DNA of 32,000 nucleotides from an uncultured Clostridia bacterium (GTDB lineage Bacteria; Bacillota; Clostridia; Oscillospirales; Ruminococcaceae): NCBI GenBank assembly GCA_944382845.1, contig CALWNN010000025.1, positions 16,300 to 48,299 of the forward strand, read 5' to 3'. Shown piece by piece: positions 25,774 to 32,000 of this stretch (position 1 is its first letter; each line of letters starts with the position of its first letter). The notes under the pieces were generated by a model. It saw only the letters and a program-made list of their open reading frames with translations, ran no database searches and was not told where the DNA came from. The position numbers and the translations under genes were made by a program.

Positions 25774-27010
25774 CTGCAGGAGCAGGTATTTCGTATTCTC
25801 CTTCTGAATTTATGGCTCTTACCATTGCTTCAATAAGCTCCGGCTGAGTTATTTCAAGTATTTCGCGGTCGATAAGTGCAAATCCCAAATTTCCGGTGTA
25901 CCCGTTATCCCAATAAACAGGTATACAGCCGCTGTCCTTGCATGCTTTTACTACGTATTCGCTCCAGTAGCGTCTGTATTCGGCGGCTTTTTCACTGACG
26001 TGCGATTTATCCTGTACGCCAAATTCTCCGATAACTACAGGATACCCCTGACTCACAAATGTATCGTACAGCTTTTGCATCTGCTGGTCAACATAATCTT
26101 CCTGACCCCAGTTGTCATAGTCTTCTGTTGCATACTTGCCCCACTGAGTATGCATAGAGTCTGCATTTTCATCAATTGTAAAGTTGTATGGATCATAGTA
26201 GTGAACAGAGATCATGATACGTTTTCCATCGGCTGTGCAGTGGCTGTCATCCGGAATTTCAAAGCCGTACTGTGTATCGACAGTGTAGTCTATATTCGTG
26301 TTCCAGCCCGGAAGAAGCAGCCATCGCTTGGCGTTGTTTGAACCTGTCTGCCTTACTGTGTCAACAAATATCTGGTTGTAGTCGTTTATGTTCTGATAAG
26401 CGTTCAGGTCGGGCTGTCCGTAATCGTTGTTGAACTCTTCGTTCATGGACTCAAAAATAAGATGCTCGTCGTAATCCTTGAAGCGTTCGGCTATCTGTTT
26501 CCAGCAGGCCTCGTATTTTGCTTTTATTTTAACCTGTTTATCATCGTCTTCGGCACAAAGAAGCCATGCGTCGGTGATAGTATAGTATCCGTCGCCGTGC
26601 ATATTTATGATTGCATACATATCGTTGTCAACGACATAATCAACGACTTCCTGTATTCTGTCAAGCCATTCCTCCTCAATTGTGTAATCGGGAGCGTCGC
26701 CTATTTTAAGAAGATATGAAACGGGAATCCTTATGGTGCTGAAGCCCTGCTCCTTGATTTTCAGTATAAGTTCTTCTGTGATCTCCGGATTTCCCCACGC
26801 AGTTTCCTCAGGGAAGCCTGCATTGTTTGCTTCAAGCTGATTTCCTAAATTCCATCCTAAACCCATGGCCTTTGTTATTTCTGTCTGGCTAAGTTCGTTC
26901 CACTCTGCTTTGCCAGATGATTTTGAATCGTCAGAATTACATCCAACGGCTGAAAAAGCCATCATTGCCGTAGCAAGAATGGCAACTCCGCGTCTTAAAA
27001 ATCTGTTCAT
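25769..27010 (-). CDS. Glycoside hydrolase family 5 endoglucanase-like lipoprotein
   Basis: 413 aa. Lipoprotein signal MNRFLRRGVAILATAMMAFSAVG|C. GWNLGNQLEA block, acid/base FESMNEEF and nucleophile VVIGEFG, as in GH5 cellulases. Confidence 0.85.
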   Translation of the reverse strand: MNRFLRRGVAILATAMMAFSAVGCNSDDSKSSGKAEWNELSQTEITKAMGLGWNLGNQLEANNAGFPEETAWGNPEITEELILKIKEQGFSTIRIPVSYLLKIGDAPDYTIEEEWLDRIQEVVDYVVDNDMYAIINMHGDGYYTITDAWLLCAEDDDKQVKIKAKYEACWKQIAERFKDYDEHLIFESMNEEFNNDYGQPDLNAYQNINDYNQIFVDTVRQTGSNNAKRWLLLPGWNTNIDYTVDTQYGFEIPDDSHCTADGKRIMISVHYYDPYNFTIDENADSMHTQWGKYATEDYDNWGQEDYVDQQMQKLYDTFVSQGYPVVIGEFGVQDKSHVSEKAAEYRRYWSEYVVKACKDSGCIPVYWDNGYTGNLGFALIDREILEITQPELIEAMVRAINSEGEYEIPAPAV

Positions 27011-27263
27011 AATATTATTCTCCTTTATGTAATCGTTTTTACAGGAATAAGTATAAAATATTTTACGTTAAATTTATACAATATATTTGTAATTTTTTAT
27101 AACCAAATTGTGAAGTCTGACAATTCGGGATAACGATTCATAGATCAGGAATGCCGATTGTGTCGAAAAATGTAACCGTGAGGCATTGGCAGGCATATTA
27201 TGCAACAGGGAAGAAACTTCATGGTCAGTCCCTGTTTAGGAGAAACTTTGAAAGGAGAATGTT

Positions 27264-27515
27264 ATGGAAATTTTCGATCCGGGTCTTATTGAAAGGATAA
27301 TAAAAAACGACAGGATTGGGAAAAAAGAAACGGTTTCCGACTGCGCCGAGCCGACAACTGTGCTTCCGAAGGAAATGCCTATAGGAATGTGCTATGTTCC
27401 CATGCAGCAGTGGGGCGAGTTGTACAGTGCAGAGGTAGGTCTTTCAAGGGGAACTATCTTTCCGGAGCTTGACAAGCCGTTTATCGGAGAGGAGGCTGTA
27501 AAAAATGGCAGATGA
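27264..27515 (+). CDS. cotJA: Spore coat-associated protein CotJA
   Basis: 83 aa. PIGMCYVPMQQWGELYSAEVGLSRGTIFPELDKPF is the conserved CotJA core. AAGGAG RBS. Confidence 0.85.
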   Translation: MEIFDPGLIERIIKNDRIGKKETVSDCAEPTTVLPKEMPIGMCYVPMQQWGELYSAEVGLSRGTIFPELDKPFIGEEAVKNGR

Positions 27516-27762
27516 AAAGAAAAAACTTATGCAGCGGGTAAGAACACTTGGTTTTTCTCTTGTTGAAGCCGAACTTTTTCTTGACAGTCATCCCGCTTGT
27601 AAGGAAGCAATCGAGTATTATGAAAAGCAGCTTGAAAAGTACAGGGAAGCAGTTGCGGAATACGAAAAGAAATATGCGCCGATTACCACACACAGCGGAG
27701 TTGTAAACGGAAGATGGGCATGGGCTGAATGTCCTTGGCCATGGGAAAGGAGTGAAAACTGA
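27505..27762 (+). CDS. cotJB: Spore coat protein CotJB
   Basis: 85 aa. FSLVEAELFLDSHPACKEAIEYYEK...YAPIT...CPWPWE matches the CotJB family pattern. It overlaps cotJA by 11 nt. Confidence 0.85.
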   Translation: MADEKKKLMQRVRTLGFSLVEAELFLDSHPACKEAIEYYEKQLEKYREAVAEYEKKYAPITTHSGVVNGRWAWAECPWPWERSEN

Positions 27763-28013
27763 TGTGGAGTTACGAAAAGAGATTACAGTATCCGGTAAAT
27801 ATTAAAAATCCGAACCCTGCTGCGGCAAAAATAATTATCAGCCAACTTGGCGGCCCAGATGGGGAAATGGCAGCGTCAATGCGCTATCTGAATCAGCGTT
27901 ACACTGCGCCGTGCAGGGAGGTTCAGGGACTTTTGAATGATATAGGTACAGAAGCCCCTGAAATGTTCCTTTCAGGGGCTAACGCTTTTTTTGACGCTTT
28001 TGCAACCGTATAG
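27762..28013 (+). pseudogene. cotJC: cotJC (Mn-catalase-like spore coat protein), 5' fragment only; family similarity ends at about 27953
   Basis: MWSYEKRLQYPVNIKNPNPAAAKIIISQLGGPDGEMAASMRYLNQRYTAPCREVQGLLNDIGTE is a normal CotJC start with an ATGA overlap onto cotJB. After codon 64 the frame reads APEMFLSGANAFFDAFATV*, which is antisense to the recombinase gene. Confidence 0.8.
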
Positions 28014-29590
28014 CTCCATTTCATAGGAAGCAAGTTCAGATATACATCTATGTTATCCTTATCGTTGACCACCATCTTATCTAATATGTGCTTATAAAAC
28101 TCATCATCGTATTCCACGCCGCCGACAATTTCATTTATGGCATCGCTGATTTCCCGAACAAGCTCCTGTTGCTGCCTAATCATAGTTTGCTGCTTGTCGA
28201 AACTGTCGATAACGGATTGAAGCTCCTTGATTTCATTATCACACTTTGACCGTGCCGCACTAAATTCTTCTTTGGTTATATCTCCAGACATATAAATATC
28301 AATGAGCTTTGTACGCTTATCCTCAATAGTTTGGATTTGCGCTTTCAGTTTTTCGACATCTGTTCCTGTGGTATCCATTGCGATTATAGATTGAATAATA
28401 GAAATAAGATTTTTTATGATTTTCGTCTGCTTGAGTTTCAATTCCTTTGTTACGAGGAATATAATATGTGTCGCATCTTCATTGCGAATGCTTGCACCTG
28501 TGCAGCCGACTTGGTTTCCTGCCTTATCAATGTGAGGACTGCCGTGCTTGGCGGCTTCATTACATCGCCAAGCCTTATAACGACTGCCGTCTTTTCTTGT
28601 TTTATACCTTGCCACATAGCTTGAACCGCAGCACCCGCATTTGATTTTACCAGAGAATGGATAGCGATTGCTGTGTTTTGCCTTGCCTTCTTGTGAAAGC
28701 GAACGCTCGTCTAAAATGCAGTTTGCTTCTTCAAACAGCTCACGGGATATAATCGGCTCGTGGTGGTCTTTGATAATCACAAATTCCTCCTGACCTCGAT
28801 TGTATTTCTTTTCGTGGGAGAGGAAATCTGGCGTATAGGTTTTTTTCTGCACCAAATCACCGCAGTATTTTTCATTTCGGATAATACGTAGAATGACTGT
28901 ATTCTGCCATTCTTTCACACGCATAGGTCTGATACCTTCTTCACGAAGCTCACGAGCGATGACGTGCGTTCCTTTGCCCTCATTTACAAACTTGTGAAAA
29001 ATAAGGCGTACAATTTTTGCTCCTTCTTCATTGATAGTCATTTTACCGTTTTCAACATCGTAACCGAGCATACTTCTGCCGAACACAACGCCTTGCTCCA
29101 TCTGACGTTTCTGTCCCCACTTTACACGCTCGGAAGTCTTGCGGCTTTCTTCCTGTGCAATCGAGGACATTATCGCAAGTCGAAGCTCTGCATCGCCGTC
29201 TAAAGTGTTGATATTGTCGTTCATAAAGATAACGCCAACACCATGTTTTTTGAGGTCACGGGTATAATATATGCTATCGAGAGTATTTCTCGCAAAACGG
29301 GAAATCTCTTTCGTAATAATCAAGTCAAAATCGCCGTTTTTGGCGCAGGCTATCATTCGATTGAACTCTTTGCGCTTTTTCGTGTTTGTACCAGATATTC
29401 CTTCATCGGCAAAAATCTCATACAGCTCCCAATCTGGATTACGCTCAATATATTGTTTGAAATAACGCTGCTGACTTTCAAATGAATTGGCTTGGTCTTC
29501 ATTATCCGTGGAAACACGGCAATACGCAGCTACACGCTTTCTGGTATCTATCATTTTTCGCTCTTCGTTTAAGCGCTCATACTTGTTCAT
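27923..29590 (-). CDS. Large serine recombinase (resolvase/invertase N-terminal domain, recombinase domain, zinc ribbon, coiled coil)
   Basis: 555 aa. AAYCRVSTDNEDQANSFESQ holds the catalytic Ser. The Cys cluster is KCGCCGSSYVARYKTRKDGSRYKAWRCNEAAKHG. The C-terminal part has coiled-coil character. AAGGAG RBS. The last roughly 10 codons and the stop lie left of the junction, in cotJC DNA. Confidence 0.9.
   Translation of the reverse strand: MNKYERLNEERKMIDTRKRVAAYCRVSTDNEDQANSFESQQRYFKQYIERNPDWELYEIFADEGISGTNTKKRKEFNRMIACAKNGDFDLIITKEISRFARNTLDSIYYTRDLKKHGVGVIFMNDNINTLDGDAELRLAIMSSIAQEESRKTSERVKWGQKRQMEQGVVFGRSMLGYDVENGKMTINEEGAKIVRLIFHKFVNEGKGTHVIARELREEGIRPMRVKEWQNTVILRIIRNEKYCGDLVQKKTYTPDFLSHEKKYNRGQEEFVIIKDHHEPIISRELFEEANCILDERSLSQEGKAKHSNRYPFSGKIKCGCCGSSYVARYKTRKDGSRYKAWRCNEAAKHGSPHIDKAGNQVGCTGASIRNEDATHIIFLVTKELKLKQTKIIKNLISIIQSIIAMDTTGTDVEKLKAQIQTIEDKRTKLIDIYMSGDITKEEFSAARSKCDNEIKELQSVIDSFDKQQTMIRQQQELVREISDAINEIVGGVEYDDEFYKHILDKMVVNDKDNIDVYLNLLPMKWSYTVAKASKKALAPERNISGASVPISFKSP
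27954..27979. repeat. Perfect 10-bp inverted repeat at the cotJC/element junction (candidate att half-sites)
   Basis: GCCCCTGAAA (27954-27963), TGTTCC spacer, TTTCAGGGGC (27970-27979). It begins at the first base after CotJC similarity ends. Confidence 0.9.
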
Positions 29591-29695
29591 AGAAAAACTC
29601 CTTTCTCAGCAAACTTTGTTTACTGTACTTTATTATAGAAAAATCGCTGAGAAGTGTCGAATGTGCAAATCTTCAATTCCCAAACTTTGATATGT

Positions 29696-29734
29696 AAAAA
29701 CGCCAAGCAGTCAAGCTCGGCGTTCATTTTTTTT
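29696..29734. terminator. Bidirectional hairpin terminator upstream of the recombinase gene
   Basis: AAAAACGCCAAG-CAGTCAAG-CTCGGCGTTCATTTTTTTT: an 8-bp stem with one mismatch, an A-run on one side and a T-run on the other. Confidence 0.5.
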
Positions 29735-29979
29735 GACTTTGCTTGTATTGATTTTCGAGTATAGTCAAACAGCGTTCACGCTGAGAGCCCGTAAGCAATT
29801 TCCTTTTTTCGAGAGAAAAAAGAATTGACTTCTGAACATTTAATAAAAATTTTGCGTGTTCCTGTTCGTTTAATTGTGGGACGGGGTCGCCAATATATAC
29901 AAACTCTCTGTGTTTCAGCCGTCAACACCTCCCTCGTTCTCAATATATGAGCCATTGCTTGTACCGTATAACAAGAGGG

Positions 29980-30276
29980 TTAGTCCTTTTTATCGAGTCC
30001 CAGACTAATTAAAAGTGACTTGTCAGCCGCAAGAATTTGTTGGCTGTCAACCATTCCGATAGCAGGGGTCATTACGCCGTTTCGCTTAATGCTCTCAACA
30101 AGCTGCTGCATATCCTCGTCCATTAAAATCTTGAACGGGTGGTCTGGAAACTCGTCAATCTGCGATAAGGGAATATCTCTGATTTTACTCAGCTTTGCTT
30201 TCGCACGGCTTTCATCTGTCTGAAAAAGGTCATCGTAAGCGGTTAGTTTGATTTTTGTTTCTCTACTTCTTGCCAA
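29980..30276 (-). pseudogene. ParB/Srx-like N-terminal domain protein, truncated
   Basis: TTG start. MARSRETKIKLTAYDDLFQTDESRAKAKLSKIRDIPLSQIDEFPDHPFKILMDEDMQQLVESIKRNGVMTPAI is a typical ParB-like N-terminus. The expected ...GHRR box never appears, and the frame ends 25 codons later in unrelated sequence. Confidence 0.55.
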
Positions 30277-30310
30277 TCTCTACCACTTCCTTTCCGTTGT
30301 TAATTTTAGG

Positions 30311-30347
30311 CAAAAGAAAAGCAGGAAATCATTTTTGATTTCCTGCT
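30311..30347 (-). terminator. Rho-independent terminator after the flavoprotein pair
   Basis: Perfect 10-bp stem AGCAGGAAAT/ATTTCCTGCT. On the minus strand it is followed by UUUUCUUUU. Confidence 0.6.
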
Positions 30348-30470
30348 TATTTGCCAGTAGTCATAATAAAAATGTTTAAAAATCGATTTTCGCTATGATT
30401 TTAGAATTTGAATATACACTCTCATGTTGCTATGATACATATTATTGTTCAAAACGCTCTCAAATTTACA

Positions 30471-31073
30471 CTATTCAATTTGCATCATTTCCATCTGTTC
30501 TTTCGAAATACCATTCTTTTTTCCATAATTTTCCCAATATGTGGAGGAGGCTTTGATAAACATTTTTTTGGAAATTGGCATCGTTACTTGGAAATTTTTA
30601 TATCTTTGATTTTCTACTGAAGCGGCAAATATTTTCATTTTTACCTTCAAAAATATCCGAAAAGGTGTCGTCAATATGGCCTCTCCACTACCAATTTTGA
30701 AGGTTGAACCAAATAGATAGCCATTTTCTCTGCAAAACAGCCGTAACATCTCCACCGCAATGTTATTTTGATATGGTTCAATAAAACCACAATTTATAAT
30801 CACGGATACAGTGGGTTTTTTATGAGGAGCATTTTCTTCCAGTGTTTTCAGAAAATTTAGAAGTGTTACAGGAATACTATCTGCATAAAGCGGAAAAACA
30901 AAGACAATATCTGAGAAGTTTTCAATCATCGGACACAGTGCCAGATGGTTAGATTTCTTCACTTCATAATATTCTGTGTCAGAATGGCAATATTTCGAAA
31001 ATAATTGAGCATATTGTTTAGAATTTGATTTAGGAGCACGGGGACTGGCGTTTATAATCATCACTTTTCCCAT
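30471..31073 (-). CDS. Flavodoxin-like fold NAD(P)H-dependent oxidoreductase
   Basis: 200 aa. MIINASPRAPKSNSKQY (phosphate-binding loop of NAD(P)H:quinone/FMN reductases) and VFVFPLYADSIPVTLLNFLKTL. It overlaps the upstream gene by 13 nt. Confidence 0.65.
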   Translation of the reverse strand: MGKVMIINASPRAPKSNSKQYAQLFSKYCHSDTEYYEVKKSNHLALCPMIENFSDIVFVFPLYADSIPVTLLNFLKTLEENAPHKKPTVSVIINCGFIEPYQNNIAVEMLRLFCRENGYLFGSTFKIGSGEAILTTPFRIFLKVKMKIFAASVENQRYKNFQVTMPISKKMFIKASSTYWENYGKKNGISKEQMEMMQIE

Positions 31074-31573
31074 GTTGACACCTCATTCCTTACCGCCGCT
31101 TCCACTTCATTTTCAGTAACAAATATAATGCGATAGCTTTGAAAGCTCATATTTTTCGCATTTCGTTCTACAAGTAAGCGGAAGATTTTCTGTTCTTCGG
31201 GAGAAATATCTCCATATCCAATTATAACTGCCTTTTTAGGGACTACATTGCGTTGAACATGGTGTGTTTCTCCATGTAACAAACGAATAAACGCTTGTTG
31301 CACTGGAATACTTCGCTCAAGCATGGTTTTCATTATTGTATCATAACCGCCATATTTGATTCTACTTACATATAAAATTCTATCACTTGCTGCGATTTGC
31401 GGATAAACTTTAATTGCATCATCGCGTATTACACATTTCCCCGGGGTCTTTGTCCAGCAGCCAAAGCATCCAACGCAGTTCGTAATATTCAATTTGGTTA
31501 AATCAATAAATTGTATAGTTGGATGATGGTCTTTGAAGACATCTAAATTTCTATCGCTCAACACCAAATTCAT
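31061..31573 (-). CDS. Flavodoxin-family protein with a compact C-x2-C-x2-C-x7-C motif (iron-sulfur flavoprotein-like)
   Basis: 170 aa. NCVGCFGCWTKTPGKCVIRDD resembles the Isf-type Fe-S cysteine motif. The N-terminus lacks the usual GS.R FMN loop, so the assignment is tentative. Confidence 0.5.
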   Translation of the reverse strand: MNLVLSDRNLDVFKDHHPTIQFIDLTKLNITNCVGCFGCWTKTPGKCVIRDDAIKVYPQIAASDRILYVSRIKYGGYDTIMKTMLERSIPVQQAFIRLLHGETHHVQRNVVPKKAVIIGYGDISPEEQKIFRLLVERNAKNMSFQSYRIIFVTENEVEAAVRNEVSTWEK

Positions 31574-31606
31574 TTTGTTCTCCTTGTTTTTATCTCTATT
31601 TTTATT

Positions 31607-31634
31607 ATTATAATATATTTATTATAATATATTT
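31607..31634. repeat. Exact 14-nt tandem duplication in the flavoprotein operon promoter region
   Basis: ATTATAATATATTT occurs twice back to back (31607-31620 and 31621-31634). Each copy carries a TATAAT box on the minus strand. Confidence 0.85.
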
Positions 31635-31796
31635 TGGCGGATTTTAAAATAGAAAGCAAAAAATTTTATCTGTAAATAAATCCCGTTTTATAAAAATTCC
31701 GCATGTAGATTTACAAGGAATAACGGGTGTCAGCCATAACAGGGAAAGTATAGCATTCCCTGTGATGATTGGAAGCACCCGCAAGTGTGCTGGCAA

Positions 31797-32000
31797 TCAT
31801 GCTTTTTTCGTAACCACCTCCTTTCCGAACTGCTCATAAGCTGCGGCAACCTTACCGCTTTTGTCATAAGCAAAAATGCTCTTGCCTTCTGCGGTAGCTT
31901 CCACCGCACGGATAGAATGCGGTATCTCCGTATCAAACACCTTGATTTTTTGACCGTAGTCACTTTTTACCGTTGCCGTGATTTCCTTAGAAATGTTGGT
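31797..32000 (-). CDS. ParA/Soj-family partition ATPase, C-terminal 67 codons; the gene runs off the right edge
   Basis: Reverse translation gives ...KIKVFDTEIPHSIRAVEATAEGKSIFAYDKSGKVAAAYEQFGKEVVTKKA*. This matches the ParA C-terminal pattern (F.T.IP.S.....A...G.SI..YD...K.A.AY....KEV). It is not in the ORF track because it has no start in the window. Confidence 0.7.
   Translation of the reverse strand, partial: TNISKEITATVKSDYGQKIKVFDTEIPHSIRAVEATAEGKSIFAYDKSGKVAAAYEQFGKEVVTKKA

Larger units (their letters stand above)
27954..32000. mobile_element. Integrated element (left end only) inserted in cotJC; it extends beyond the window
   Basis: The target gene is broken. A terminal large serine recombinase reads outward. 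ParB-like and ParA-like genes are typical of integrative/conjugative elements. The right end is not in the window. Confidence 0.65.

Noticed and set aside
27175-27202. Sigma-K/sigma-E-like promoter upstream of cotJA (AC, 17 nt, CATATTATG).
   Set aside because: It only loosely fits the mother-cell sigma consensus as I recall it. AT-rich spacers give such matches by chance. It needs transcription-start mapping.
29724-29921. 65-codon open frame on the minus strand (…PQLNEQEHAKFLLNVQKSILFSLEKRKLLTGSQRERCLTILENQYKQSQKK*) ending at the bidirectional terminator. It could be a recombination directionality factor or a ParB C-terminal remnant.
   Set aside because: It has no ATG, GTG or TTG start near its 5' end; only a CTG follows a GGAGG. 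It has no recognisable motif. It may be a remnant, and I cannot support it as a gene.
31730-31963. 77-aa minus-strand ORF.
   Set aside because: It overlaps the ParA-like C-terminus in a different frame. The ParA frame has clear family similarity and this one has none.

Overview
The window looks like low-to-mid-GC Firmicutes (Clostridia-type) chromosome; the taxonomy is my inference only. It has four blocks.

(1) 1-4.7 kb is core. It holds an ispE 5' end, a class-I aminotransferase translationally coupled to an Lrp/AsnC regulator, a membrane-anchored protein with thrombospondin-type-3 repeats and a VWA domain, and two tandem tRNA-Ser genes (UGA, GCU).

(2) About 4.7-19.1 kb is a mosaic accessory island starting right after the tRNA pair. 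It is full of truncated genes: a LysR effector domain, a CocE/NonD C-terminus, a prenyltransferase-repeat fragment, an FtsX fragment, a truncated ABC ATPase and transposase-like scars. Intact modules in it are:
- a very AT-rich 3-gene operon (secreted beta-rich protein with a pore-forming-toxin-like amphipathic hairpin, a membrane-anchored protein, and a fused ABC-ATPase/FtsX transporter) preceded by a perfect 22-bp inverted repeat;
- a GNAT;
- an XRE regulator with a small two-TM membrane protein;
- a stand-alone argJ.
The island ends exactly at the argJ stop codon, where a 5'-truncated, TGA-interrupted metY begins.

(3) 20-27 kb is core sugar metabolism: cysK, then GH32, GH94 phosphorylase and a GH5 lipoprotein on the minus strand. 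Two copies of a modular, hairpin-dense intergenic repeat (341 and 263 bp) flank the GH94 gene. They differ only in the number of 19-nt and about 20-nt hairpin modules. A GC-rich nested-hairpin element also lies here.

(4) From 27.3 kb, cotJA-cotJB-cotJC runs on the plus strand. cotJC is broken after codon 64 by an integrated element carrying a large serine recombinase, ParB-like and ParA-like genes and a flavoprotein pair. The element runs off the right edge.

I saw no rRNA and no CRISPR array. The best candidates for something undescribed are the toxin-like/ABC operon (6.8-10.8 kb), the modular hairpin repeat family (22.4 and 25.5 kb), and the cotJC-splitting recombinase element (27.95 kb onward). 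All functional calls rest on motif recognition by eye, with no database search.
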